Source of the DNA: Rhizophagus irregularis | Lineage: Eukaryota | DNA: 64,000 nt | Direction of reading: 5' to 3' | Assembly (NCBI RefSeq): GCF_026210795.1 | Contig: NC_089433.1 | Coordinates: 3,162,001 to 3,226,000, forward strand | Shown here: one piece after another, positions 1 through 13,750 of the stretch | Numbering within the stretch: position 1 is the stretch's first letter | How the letters are laid out: every line of letters begins with the position of its first letter | Notes under the pieces: model-generated | Database searches by the model: none | The model's input: only the letters and a program-made list of their open reading frames with translations | What the model was told of the DNA's origin: nothing | Position numbers and translations under genes: made by a program

Positions 1-2420
1 TTTTTAACTAAGAGGATCATTTAGAGCATTTTTGATAGAGAATTTTCTAAAGATTTGTTTGGAGAGATTATTTTTGAGAATTTTTTAACTAAAGGGACCG
101 TTTGGAACATTTTTTGATAGAGAATTTTCTAAGAATTCGTTTGGGAAATGGTTTTTTGAGAATTTTTTAACTAAAAGGATCATTTAGGCATTTTTTGATT
201 GAGAATTTTCTAAGAGTTCGTTTAGGGAAATTATTTTTTGTATTTTTTAATTAAGGGAATCGCTTAGGGCATTTTTGATAGAGAATTTTCTAATGATTCG
301 TTTGGAGAGATTGTTTTTGAGAATTTTTTAACTAAAGGGAACGTTTGGAACATTTTTGATAGAGAATTTTCTAAGAATTCGTTTAGAAAATGGTTTTTCG
401 AGAATTTTTTAACTAAAAGGATTATTTAGGGCATTTTTTGATTGAGAATTTTCTAAGAGTTCATTTAGGGAAATTATTTTTTGAATTTTTTAATTAAGGA
501 GATGGTTTAGGGCATTTTTTGATTGAGAATTTTCTAAGAGTTCGTTTAGGGAAATTATTTTTTGTATTTTTTAATTAAGGGGATTGTTTAGGGCATTTTT
601 TGATAGAGAATTTTCTAAGGATTCATTTGGAGAGATTATTTTTGAGAATTTTTTAACCAAGAGATCGTTTGGAACATTTTTTGATAGAGAATTTTCTAAG
701 AGTTTGTTTGGGAAATGGTTTTTTGAGAATTTTTTAACTTAAAGGATCATTTAGAGCATTTTTGATTGAGAATTTTCTAAGAGTTCGTTTGGGGAAATTA
801 TTTTTTGTATTTTTTAATTAAGGGGATCGCTTAAGGCATTTTTGATAGAGAATTTTCTAATGATTCGTTTGGAGAGATTGTTTTTGAGAATTTTTTAACT
901 AAAGGGAACACTTGGAACATTTTTGATAGAGAATTTTCTAAGAATTTGTTTGGGAAATGGTTTTTTGAGAATTTTTTAACTAAAAGGATCATTTAGGGCA
1001 TTTTTGATAGAGAATTTTCTAAGAGTTTGTTTGGGGAAATTATTTTTTGTATTTTTTAATTAAGGGGATCACTTAGAGCATTTTTGATAGAAAATTTTCT
1101 AATGATTCGTTTGAAGAGATTGTTTTTGAGATTTTTTAACTAAAGGGAACGTTTGGAACATTTTTGATAGAGAATTTTCTAAGAGTTCGTTTGGGAAATG
1201 GTTTTTCGAGAATTTTTTAATTAAAAGAATCATTTAGGGCATTTTTTGATAGAGAATTTTCTAAGAGTGTTTAGGGAAATTATTTTTTGAATTTTTTAAT
1301 TAAGGGGATCGTTTAGGGCATTTTTTGATAGAGAATTTTCTAATGATTCGTTTGGAGATATTATTTTTGAGAATTTTTTAACCAAAGGGACTGTTGGAAC
1401 ATTTTTTGATAGAGAATTTTTTTGATAGAGAATTTTCTAAAAGTTTGTTTGGAAAAATTATTTTTTGAGAATTTTTTAACTGAAGGTATCATTTGATAGA
1501 GAAATTTCTAAGAGTTCGTTTAGGAAAATTATTTTTTGTATTTTTTAATTAAGGGAATCGCTTAGGGCATTTTTGATAGAGAATTTTCTAATGATTCGTT
1601 TGGAGAGATTGTTTTTGAGAATTTTTTAATTAAAGGGAACGTTTGGAACATTTTTGATAGAGAATTTTCTAAGAATTTGTTTGGGAAATGGTTTTTCGAG
1701 AATTTTTTAACTAAAAGGATCATTTAGGGCATTTTTTGATTGAGAATTTTCTAAGAGTTCGTTTAGGGAAATTATTTTTTGAATTTTTTAATTAAGGAGA
1801 TCGTTTAGGGCATTTGATAGAGAATTTTCTAAGGATTCGTTTGGAGAGATTATTTTTGAGAATTTTTTAACTAAAGGGAATGTTTGGAACATTTTTGATA
1901 GAGAATTTTCTAAGAGTTCGTTTGGGAAATAGTTTTTCAAGAATTTTTTAATTAAAAGGATCATTTAGGGCATTTTTTGATAGAGAATTTTCTAAGGATT
2001 CATTTGGGGAGATTATTTTGAGAATTTTTTAACCAAGGGATCATTTGAAACATTTTTGATAGAGAATTTTCTAAGAGTTCGTTTGGGGAGATTATTTTTA
2101 AGAATTTTTTAACCAAAGGGATCGTTTGGGGCATTTTTTGACAGAAAATTTCCAGGAGTTCATTTGGGGAAATTATTTTTTGGGATTTTTTAAACTAAAG
2201 GGATCATTTAGGACATTTTATTTTTAATAAAGAAATTCTAAGAATTCATTTGGAAGATTTTTTGAGATTTTTTTAATAAATCTTCTAAGGGTTCATTTGA
2301 AGAAATTTTTTAAAAAAAGTTTTTTAACTAGAGGGGTCATTTCAAATATTTTTTTGATGAGAAATTTTCTAAGGGTTCATTTGGAAAGATTTTTTTTTGA
2401 TAATTTTTTAATCGAAGGGG
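1..2420. repeat. Tandem satellite, ~81-bp monomer, with a mostly three-monomer (~240 bp) higher-order pattern; runs off the left edge
   Basis: About 30 copies of TTTTTTAA(C/T)TAA-GGGATC-TTTAGGGCATTTTTGATAGAGAATTTTCTAAG-TTCGTTTGG-GA-ATT-TTTTTGAG; diagnostic variants recur about every 240 bp; copies degenerate after ~2100. Confidence 0.95.
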
Positions 2421-3299
2421 TCATTTGGATTGAGAAATTTTTGTTTTACGACGTAATTTTACCAAATTTAATTATAAATGTATTCAGGCTATAAAATAAC
2501 ATGTGGTAAGTTACGTTACGTAATATTGTTATCATGTGATCACATGATTTAAATATTTACATTTCGCATTTTTGTTTATCTTATTAAAACCTTTTCTTCG
2601 TTCTCAATTTTTTTTTACTTAAAAACACAATTTTTTATCTATTTAATATATCCAGAAATACATATTTTTATATTTTTTTTTTATTTGTTATATCTAAAAA
2701 TGCATAAAAAGGTATATATTACTAATATTTCTTTTCTTTATTAATGTTTTTCTACCATTTTTTTTTCGTTTCTTTCTTTTCTTTTACTAATACTCCTACT
2801 AATATATTTTTTATTATTTTTTTCTACTATATTAATATTTTTACTATTTAAAATTTTCTATTAATATTATATTACTACTGATATACGTTCTCTTTCTACT
2901 AACATTTTTTATTCTACTAACTTTTTCTTTCTGCTAATGTTTCTACTAATATTTTCTATATTTATATATCTATACTAATATTTTTTAATAACATTCTCTT
3001 TTCTCTTACTAATATATTTATCATTAATGCTTCTTTTAAATAATCAAACAGGTATAAGCAAACAAGTGATTTTATTTTTATGCTACTTTTAGTAGAAGTT
3101 ATATATTATATATATTTATTCAAGTATTCAAGTATAATTAGTATAATTGTTTTTTTTTAATTAAAAAGTGTAAATAAATTTAAATTGTAATAAAGTTTTG
3201 AATTAAAATTAAAAAAATATATAAATTATTATTGCATTTTATAATTTTTTTGCCTGAATTAAATTATAATAAATTTACTAGTATTAATATGAAATCATT

Positions 3300-3596
3300 A
3301 TCCTATATCTATCCGTCTGATATCTGTATGATATCTGTATGATATCTATATGATATATATCATAATATATCGGGTACCCAATAAGTCTATGATATGTGAC
3401 CGATATTTAACTACCCGATATGTGTAAGATGTATATGTGATATGTACATGATGTGTCACCGTTTTTCTACATTTCTACTACACATATCGGGTACCTGATA
3501 TGTGTAGCATTGTTAAATATCATACACATATATCACATATATTGTACACATATCAGGTACCCGATAGGTACCCGATAGTATTAATTTTGACCAGTG
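3300..3596. mobile_element. Right end of a CACTG-terminus (CACTA/EnSpm-like) element with subterminal repeats; left end not found
   Basis: Ends in TTTTGACCAGTG (reverse complement CACTGGTCAAAA); repeated GGGTACCC and GATATGTGTA motifs are shared with the 3981-4268 MITE. Confidence 0.6.
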
Positions 3597-3980
3597 AGGG
3601 TCGCCATGGTGACAGGGTCGTCAAATACATTTTGCCTATTATTATTATTTGAAATGATTGAGTACATTATTGTTATTATATTCGATTAGCATTTTGAAAT
3701 ACTCTAGCTAGAATACTTACTAATAACAAAAAAAGGTCTAAACTAATAAATAAAAAGCAAATTATAAGAACAATTTTAAATATATAAAACCTGTAATTTT
3801 AAACATGTCTGCTTATCAAATATGTATAAATAAGAGTAAATAGTTTTTGATTTACATGTAATTTTTTGTAATTTGTTTATTAAAAATTTTTCAAGTACAA
3901 ATGAACTTTACTTTATATATTATGGTAAAAAAAAGATTCTTTTGTATTTTAATTTTCATAACTAAAGTGGGTAGTGAAAT

Positions 3981-4268
3981 CACTGGTAAAAAAATGATTT
4001 ATCCTACACATATCTTACACATATTGGGTACTTAAAATGTAGAAAATCATACACAAATAATACACATATCATACACATATCGGGTACTAATATATATATC
4101 ATACATATATCAGGTACCTGATAGGTATACTATATATATAAGCACCCAATATGTGTATGATATGTGTATTATTTGTGTATGATTTTCTACATTTTGAGTA
4201 CCCGATATATGTAAGATATGTGTAGCCAGTGTAGGATATGTGTAGGATAGACCATTTTTTTACTAGTG
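3981..4268. mobile_element. CACTA/EnSpm-type foldback MITE (288 bp)
   Basis: CACTGGTAAAAAAA...TTTTTTTACTAGTG termini, near-complete internal palindrome, 3-bp TSD AAT on both sides. Confidence 0.9.
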
Positions 4269-4479
4269 AATAGTAATAAATACTGCAAGTGTTGGTAAAA
4301 TGAGTATGAGTGTCGGTAAAATGAGTGTTGATAAAATGTATCTGTCAGTAAAATGTGTGTCGGTAATGTTAACTAGATCCCCTGCGCATGTGCGCACTCC
4401 ACGTGACTTATTAAAATTAATTAAATTCGATTGGCTATGTGTCGATTTTTTTAATTTTATTTTTTTATTTTTTTTTCTT

Positions 4480-5100
4480 TAGAAACGTTTTAACGAAATG
4501 GACGAAAGTAAGTGTTTCTTCGTTATTTTTCATTTGCTTTGTTTAAAAACATTTCTTATTAATTTTTTTTTTTGTAAAAAAACCTTTTAGAAGCGAAATA
4601 GGTGAAAGGCAACTAGGTAAGTCAATTTTTGTTTGCTTTGTTTAAGAACATTTTCTAACGTCTATTAAATTTTTTTTGTAGGAACATCTCCTGGAGGCGG
4701 AATGGACCTCTGGAAATGAAAGGTAAGGGAGGAAGTCTTTTTTTTCCTTTTTTTTGCTTGTTTTGGTTTAAGAACGTTTTTAACATTCTTTTGTTAATTT
4801 TTTTCTTAGAAAAACTCTTGAAGGTGTCCCCTGAAGGTGAAATGGATTCCTGAACATGAAAGGTAAGGGAAGAGGGTCTTGTTTTTCACTCTTTTCATTA
4901 GTTTCATTTTAGAAACGTTTTTTAACATTCTTCTAATAATTTGTTTTTGTAGGAACACTTCTGGGACTAAATAGAAGAAGGGTGAGTGCTTTTTCCGTTT
5001 TTTTCATTTTTTTTTGTTTAGAAACGTTCTTCCATTAATTTTTTTTTAGGGGTACTTCTTTGAGACGAAACAGACTCCTAGAGAAATGCAATGTAACAAA
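4480..5100 (+). ncRNA. Putative non-coding micro-exon/intron array (about 5-6 short exons)
   Basis: Repeated pyrimidine-tract TAG | 25-45 nt exon | GTAAG/GTGAG units with similar introns (AGAAACGTT...TAAC...TTCT); no long ORF seen; transcription not shown. Confidence 0.5.
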
Positions 5101-6561
5101 AAAAAGATCAAAAACTAGCTTAAAACATTCCAAGGAAAGTCATTTTCAAATTGTTAAATAAAGAAACTTAATTTTTATTTTATTATATTTTTATTTAATA
5201 TGAAATAAAGTTATACGCGTTATAAAACAAATAAATGATTGCTCTGATTAGCCAATCAAACTTTACTGAAACCCCCGATTTAGCAGCTTTAGTGCCACTT
5301 GCATGTGACTATCACATGACTCTATGGTCACATGCAAGTGGCAATTTTTTAAATAGTTTCTACCTTATTTCTTCACGTCGACTATATAGAGGCGATAAGA
5401 AGTGCAATATATTAAATTTTTTTTTAAACAAAATATTTAATTAGACTTGTTTTCAAAAATTTTGTTTAGTTTATATCTTACTACTTCACGCTAACTGTAT
5501 AGATGCGATAAAGGATCCATTTTTTAAAGTAAATTATGCATTTTTTTTCTTATTAATTAATAGATGGTGAAATTGATAATCTTGATTACCTAATACGATG
5601 TTATGATATTTGAAAATTGCTTTAAGATATTTTTTTTAAAAAAAAAAATCGGAAGAAATGACAATTATAATTAAAAAAAATGTATAAAATGTAATTTTTG
5701 AAGAATATAATATAATGTAATATTGAAAAGCTTGTAAAGAATATATAAATAATAAAATTTAAAATATTTTTTGTCTTTCTGATTTCTTCAATATTTTTCT
5801 TTATTCTAACGAAAGTCTCGAAGCAATATTTTTACCAGATCTACTTGGCACTTTGCATTCCATCGTAATCCTATCAAGATCCTTGATAGTTTTAACATCA
5901 TATTTAACATAATGTACCTTAAACGCTTCCACAACAAATAATACGAGTCGTTCCATAATACCACATTTTTTAAGTTTAGCTTTGTCAGTAGTCGCTAAAT
6001 ATCTGAATAACAACTGCTTAACAACCTCTTGAGACATAAATTCTTCAATTTCTGTAGTTGTTGGCGTGGTTCTTTGTCCTGCTCTTAGTCAGCTTTCTTT
6101 AAATTCATGGACTTTTGTATCAATTTTTTTATTTACTTTGCTACGGAAGTCCGTTAGAACGCGTTTAGAGTGGCCAATGACTTCTTCTGCATTGTTACTA
6201 TACAAGTCATAATTAAAGATATTCTTGACAAGTCTCTAAATAGCTACATCCGGTGGTGCTCTGCACCTGAGAAAAAGACACTTTATTTCTTCATGCCAAA
6301 GCCGAGCAAGCGACTTTTCATCTTCATGTACACTGTCGCGGATTTCGGCATTAGGATAGTAGACATATTTACATGAGATGAATCTAGTGATGTATTCATA
6401 GCATTGTACATCTGATTTGCTATCATTAATATATCCATCCTTTCTGTTATTAGCCATTGGCAAACTTCAAAGACACTTTTCATTCCATTTAACGCCTCAG
6501 GCTTGTCTATAGATATATGATATAGTTATTAAATAATGGTATTAGTAATAAACAACGCTTA

Positions 6562-9500
6562 GGCCGGACCAAGCCAATTATCTGTTTCTCATAACATATG
6601 TTAACCAAGAGAGGGGGGGAGGGCTAAAAAAAATTTACACTAGAGAACACATGACCATAGTATCGGCCAACATTATGATAATTTTTGCTTACACGAATGA
6701 GAAATCATTTTTTTATTAAATTGACTATTAAAGTTTTGTATTACAAACAATAAAAGAGTACAAAAAATAAAATGAAATTTTATGTTTTATGCCGTTTTGA
6801 AGCACGGCCGTTAGTTTTAATCTCTCCTTTAGTATAAAATTCTTTTTTATTTCCCTGGCACCCTTCACACAATGGATAAATTTGTTTGAAACGTTCTTTC
6901 AAAGATTGAGAAGAATCCACTAAACCTTCACTTTCTCCATAATAATAACAAATCGGATAGTTTCCTGGTTTTCGACTTGAATAATACAGTATCTCAATTG
7001 GTGAGTCACAACTGATTCGTGTACGCACAAACATTACTTCACTCAAATAATGATTATCAGGAAAATTGGTGCACCACAGGAGTATGAATATGAGTCTAAT
7101 GCTTGTTGATAATCTTCTTGTTCCTCTCGACTCATAGATCTATCACTATAAACACAGCGGCGTTTTCTACAATCCTCACAATCAATGTAACCACGGATTT
7201 TCCCTCCTATCAAAATAGACTTTGGAATAGGTTCTGCATTCGCCTGTGATTGCATATATGTTGGCCTATACTCTTCAGTAGTTTCAGTTCCATAAACGTT
7301 TTGAAAAGGCATGTAATGATCTGTATTGTCTAATGTTAAAATAAAGTGTTAAAATAAAGTTACTAAAGTTCAATTGATTTAGAATAAAAAATACAAATAG
7401 TAGATTTTAATACCTCGTGAAGGAATTGGATCTGGAAGAAAATTCAAGTTATTAAATACAGATGACGGAAGGTGAATTGGTTTACAATATGAACAGGTAA
7501 TATTGTTGCACTTTTTTATCTTTAAAATAGATTATTAATGTAAAAAAATTAATCATAATTTATTTTACATAATTTTATAAATGCTGTGATATTACCTGAA
7601 AGCTATATGCACGAGTACGGCAATGGGCATCCATAAATTTGATCAATGCAGAATGATGGCGTATTTGTGCTTGTGTAGTCTCTTTAATTGTTAAAGTCGG
7701 ATCTATATCACAAATTGACTACCCAAAATTAATTATTAGTATTAAAATCAATATAAAATAAAAAATATATATAAAATAAGTAATTACTCCAAATAATTCA
7801 GTGATAGCTTCCTCATTTGCCGAATCATTGCATTTAAATTTCTTTTCTTTTAATAAAAGCCGTTCTGTTCGATTATTTAATATATTCTGAACATTTGCTA
7901 TACTCTCTTTTAATTCAGATTCTAATTTATTGGATTCTTGAGCTTTATTTCATATATCATCTAATGTATTTGCTGTATCAAACAAAGCTTTAGATTCAGG
8001 ACTCATTTGATCACGTTTAAGTGCTACGCCTTGAAGACCTAGATTCAAAATGCTCATAATCCGTTCTGCTGGATTTGTCCAGCTATGATTAGGAGCAGTA
8101 CGAAGTGCAATAAGTATATCAAAATCTCCACAAAGAAAAAGACAGATTAATGCAATCTGTACTGATCTATAACTACATCGATGGTCTGGACCTCCATCAG
8201 TATAATGGCATAAGATTGGAGGCATCATTTGGTTTGCATATTGAATATTAAGTGCATTTAAAAACTCAGCTGAATGCCTGATGGCATTACTTGGTTCAAA
8301 GGTCGTGTCCTTGTAGGATACAAATACTTGGCCATCATAAAATGATCCAGAAATTTCACTAGAGATTGATATAAAAAATGTAACTGATGGTGTTATAGAA
8401 AGTTTTGTAAAATCGTGATCAGCTGAAGCTAAAGTGCTGTTTTGTGCAACTATGGAATGCCGATTTCGTACACCTGTAGAAACTGCAACATCTTCTCCAA
8501 TAGGCACTTTATGTTTGTCATCAGCAGAAATTAAGCAAGTCTATTGATTGTACTGGATGCAGAATTCTCTAAGGTATCGAAAAAGTGCTGCACAATAATG
8601 TGCATCATCACTACTTTTTCGAAGCAACCGCCCTTGCACCTTAAATTTAACATTGAATTGACTAGTGTGATGCATTGATCTTGTTGTAGTGGCATTTGTA
8701 GGACAAAATTGTAGTCGAATCCATTCATCTGATGGAATATAAATAGTGGAGGGAAGAGGATCATTGTAGTTAATTTTTAGTCTTCCTGTTATAATTTCAC
8801 GAAGATCACGAACAGATAATGCTAATGGCATGTATAAAATTGTTCCATGTCGTCGTTCATCTACTGCAAGTAAATTCTATTATTAAATAAATTAAATAAA
8901 TAAATAATTTAATAAATGCATTGTAATAAAAGAATGTATAATAAAATAAATATAAAAGCATTTATAATACCTGCTCATTAAAATAAGCATCCATTTCATC
9001 CCAAAATACATTAAATTTCGTTCCTTTAAATCCATTATTTGTTCGTAGATCAAATATAATGTTGGGATCTGCCAAAGATAACATCAATCGTAATCTCTTT
9101 TCTACATCATGACTGATAGCATCTGATGTCACAGCAGCATTACCAGTAAGATCAAAATGAAGCATTCGTAATACAGCTGGTGTAACTTTCCGAATATAAG
9201 AATACTAAAACAAATTATGATGAGATAATATGCAGTATCTTTAAATTAAATATATTGCATTACTAATATTAGTTTATTACCTTGTTTAACACATTCTTTC
9301 GCATTTGTCGTGTAAAATAATGAGGTAATTCTTTATTAATCCTAGCCAACATGCGTGCTTTTAAAGTTTCATTTTGTTCTTCATTTTCCAGAATTCTCCA
9401 AACATAATTAATAGTTCCTAAATAATTGCCTTGATAATATCTAAATAATAAAATTGTTTATTAATTTTTACAAACAAATTGAGATTATATCAAGCAAATA

Positions 9501-10804
9501 CCAACCTATATATACCTATTGGAAATGTGAGCTGCAATTCTTTTATAAATCGATATCGTTTCATAACATCAGTTGGAAGATATTGTTTAATATCAATATA
9601 TTCTAAAAGTGGGTTTCAAGTAAAACATTATTTAGCTGGCTGTAATTTTCATTAAGGTTTTCAACTTCGCAGGCAGAAATTCGATACATGATGCAATCAT
9701 TTTCAGGATTGCGAGCACTTTCATCACTATGATGAAGATTGGTCATATTGGTACATTTTATGGCCAGATATTCTGCATATTTTTTAAGAGTTTGGATCAA
9801 GGATAAAGTTGCGGAAATTATTTGATCCCAGATATCATTACTTGTCCATGGTTGACTGATAGATAATTCAAGAGAACTTGAAAGATAAAGTAGTTTTTGC
9901 TGTGATAATTGGACTTTTTTATGATGACTAGTATGGTAAAATTTGTTGTATGTTTCCCCATCCTGATAGGTTTTTAATTGTGTAAAAAAGACCGGCAAAC
10001 TACATGAACGTGCATGCAATGTGGAAAGATGTGGATCGATATACCAAATAGCATCTGTAATACGATTCACAAATGTTTTTCCAATTGTGTTGTGTACATC
10101 ACTTATCCAGCCTACTTTTTGATCACGAAAAAGATCAATAATTTCGTTGTAAAGTTGATTACAACGATTGTATTCAGTACATCATTGAGGAAGTAAAAGT
10201 TGACGTGAATTGTTCATTAAAATATTAAAAGCATCTGTATTTTGAATTAAAGCTGGAGTATCTGAGTTTATTTTTTCAATAATACTAAATTTGACTTGTA
10301 AAAAACTCAAAACTTCTAACATTTCTAAGTTGCCTTTTAACCCATTATCAACTTCCTTCCAATTTTCAGACTTTTCCCGTCTAATAAAAACTTTTACTTC
10401 TCTATCACCATATTCTCCTGATGTAACTGCATCAAAAAGGTTACTGAATTGATTATCTGTAGATTCTATGCTTACCACGTGTTCAGGAACTATACACTTG
10501 ATACTTTCATTAACCTGAACCAAGAGATAAAGCATATTGAGTTTAAAGAATAATCTTATCATAGAATGCTATTCAAAAGCACCCCTAAACGCGTAACGAA
10601 TGCGATTATAAATGCGAATCATTTGCCTTATTATGGATAGATTTGCGTAATTTTCGCAAGGTGTTTTAAGTTTGATTAAGGTTCAGTTCATGTGAGTAAA
10701 ATACTGCAATTTTATTGGTCATACGTAATGCATAATATCTGGGCTAATTTTCGTAAAATAGGGGGGGAGGGTTATGATAAACAGATAATTGGCTTGGTCC
10801 AGCC
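6562..10804 (-). mobile_element. Zator-superfamily DNA transposon
   Basis: ~34-bp TIRs GGC(C/T)GGACCAAGCCAATTATCTGTTT(C/A)TCATAAC, 5'-GG termini and 3-bp TTA TSD all match the Zator definition; the internal transposase is TP36/ISAzo13-like. Confidence 0.85.
6780..10562 (-). pseudogene. Multi-exon Zator DDE transposase (TP36/ISAzo13-like), inactivated
   Basis: Motifs SADDKHKVPIGE, ADHDF, YTDGGPDH, APNHSWTNPAERIMS; Cys-rich C-terminus; in-frame stops at ~10182, 9603, 8541 and 7950, plus a frameshift near 7050. Confidence 0.85.
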
Positions 10805-11823
10805 TTAATTACATTTACTTTTTTTTGCACTATGTGATGTAAAGACTTGCTCAGTTTTATCTTCATCATCGTCCTCATCTGAGCTTTTGAGATGTTCATA
10901 GCTATCATCTGTAATATATCATAAATAAGATAATAGTCAAAATTGTAAACAAAAAAAAAACAAAGGAAAAAGTCTACAATTACATTTTTCCTCTTCACTT
11001 TCTGATAGTTGAAGTAAATTAGTGATACTGTCTTGACATTTTTGATGTTTACTTTCAGGTAAATTGGTGGATATGATCCGTCTTTTATTATTTGTAACTC
11101 TATTCGACTGACTTTTAGATGCAGATTCTATTTTGTTATTTCCTCTGTGTATTTTGTTAGACTTGACAATAGTCGCACTACAATCCAATTTGAAAGGTAG
11201 GAATTGCGACCTTTCTGGGAGTACTGAAGTGTTAAAGCCATCAGGAGTATCTTCTGAAGCATTAAAGTCATCAGGAGCATCGTTATCCCTATAAAAAATA
11301 TATATACAGTTAGTATACTGTATTTTCGTATTTTGCGAACAGTATATTTATAGTATTATTACAGTATAATTACAGTATTTTCACATACTGTATATATTCG
11401 GTATTCTGCACACCGTATCATATATACGGTTTGCATACAGTATATTTTTCCAGTTTCATCCATATGTTTTATACTTGTAAACAGTAGAAAAACCGTATGT
11501 TTTATACTAATAAACAGTATATTGTTTTATATTTTATATTGCGAACAGTATACTTTTCCAGGATAAACCGTATATTTTATACTGATAAACAGTACTTTTT
11601 TCCAGTTTAAACTGCATATTTTGTACTGATAAATAGTATATATTATTCAATTAAATCGTATATTTTATATTTGCAAACAGAATTTAAAATGCATTTATAA
11701 TCAATAAAATTTTTATTAAATAATATTAAATATACAAATATTTTTTTACAGAATTTTTTACTGAAAAAAAAAACTCTTTCTGCCGATCATCCGGTCAAAA
11801 TTTTGAATAAAAAAAATTGAAAA

Positions 11824-13750
11824 ATGGGAGTGACTGTTTCAACTGAAGACGTTAGTTTATTGCAAGACTTCGGGTCTAAGTCTAAAGAGGAACAAGAAAA
11901 AGTTATAGAAAAAGCAGGTTTTGTTGTTGAAGAGACAGATAAAAGAATAGCAGAGTATATGGCACTAGCGGACTCACAAGCAGTAGTGGTACAGAGACTA
12001 TGTGAACTAGTATATAATAAAACAAAAGACAGTATGATAGAAGAAGCTCAACAACAAATGGTTCTAGCTCGACAAGAATGGGAACAACATACAGAAATTA
12101 AAGAACGAAGTATGAAGCAAGAACTACAAAAATTATTGGATGTAGTGAATAAAAAAGACTATTTAATTAGTCACGAAACTTCAGTGGTAGAGGAAATCAC
12201 ATCTACAAATGAATCAGAACGCTCAGGAGCTTCTAATGGTAACGGTCTTTTTGAAGGACAGAATTTTTATAATTCAGATTCTCAATCTTCAGGATTCAAC
12301 GAACGACTACACAAAGAGCTGAATATTGGTTCTTGTGTAATAAAGTCAGACACCAATGAAAATGAGATGAAAGGTATTAGAACTACTAAAGGAAAAAATA
12401 TGTCAATACACAGAGCGGCTGACGTGGAAAATCAGGAGCATTACCATATTGGGATAAGATCATATACTATAAGTGGTAAATTGTCGGATCAGCAGAAAAT
12501 AGATTACGTCAAGAATTTAATTCAGAAATATAATATTTCTTACCAGAGTATAGACGCACATATATTGTAGTTGCTGTTTCTAGTAATGATGAGGTAGAAA
12601 AAATTCTTGATACTTCAGGAAAGGATAGAGAGTTTCCTTACAAGTTCATACCCATTATTAGTTTAAATGCAACATTGAATGAACAAGTTATCTGGCTTAC
12701 CAAAGTAGATAAATCTTTTTCACAACAGGAAGTATGCGAGGCGGTAATTAATACATTAGGTGAAGTTCAACATATTAAAAAGATAGAGTACAGATATAAT
12801 AATTCTTTTAGAGTAACGATAAAAGTAACGTGTTCCGATGTCACTTTCAATAACACATGGTCGATTGAAATTGGCAAAGGAAGAGCTGAAGTTTGGCCGG
12901 AGAGGTTGAGTACAGAAGAAAAAAAGAAACGCAAAACTTTTAAAGCATGGATAAATAATGTAGATAAAGATACTACAGAAAGTAGTTTTACGAGACAATT
13001 ATATAATTTTAACGCAAAGAGTTGGCTTTTAGTGGATAGTGGTAATACACTAAGATTAGAAGTCACATTTGACAACAATCAAGACATGTTAAGATGTGTG
13101 AAAAAAGAATTCGTATTTGAAGGAAGAGGTTATAGATGGGAAATGGAGAACAATGACAATAAACAAATTAGGAATTTTAACAAATCGATTAAAAAAGAAA
13201 GAGAAATCATGTGTTATAATTGCGGTAGTATGGGACATATGGCCAAATTTTGTCAGAATAATAATTTTCAACAGCAAGGTTATAGAAATCAGGAAAGAGT
13301 TAAAAGTGAAGAAATAGGACTGAGATGCTACAGTTGTGGTAATGTAGGACATTTGGCGAGATTTTGTCAAAATCATCATTTTTTTTATCAAAAAGAAAAT
13401 AGAATTCAAAGAAGCAGCGGGGTCAAGGATCAGGAATAAGATGTTTTAATTGTAAAAAAATTGGACATTTAGCAAGGGATTGCAGAAACGAATACAGTAA
13501 TAGTTTCAATGGAACTGGTAAACAAGGATATAAAAATCAAGAAAAGTTTCAATCACAAAATCATCAAAGACAAGATTATAATATAGAGTATCAGAGAGGT
13601 AATAGGTTTTTTCATGCCCAAGGTAATCCACAATTACAACATCAATACAGACAACAATTTCGTGAACAAAGGTATGGAAATAGATTTAATCAACAACGAT
13701 ATGCAGGGAATGGTTCTCAGAATGGAGGTAACAACTTCAGGAAATACTGA
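11824..13750 (+). pseudogene. LINE ORF1 (gag-like) with three CCHC zinc knuckles and two frameshifts
   Basis: CYNCGSMGHMAKFC, CYSCGNVGHLARFC and, after a frameshift near 13430, CFNCKKIGHLARDC; another frameshift near 12560; Q/N/R-rich tail ending in TGA at 13750. Confidence 0.85.

Noticed and set aside
6562..10804. PIF/Harbinger assignment based on the TTA TSD
   Set aside because: The transposase motifs are TP36/Zator-like and there is no separate Myb ORF in the element
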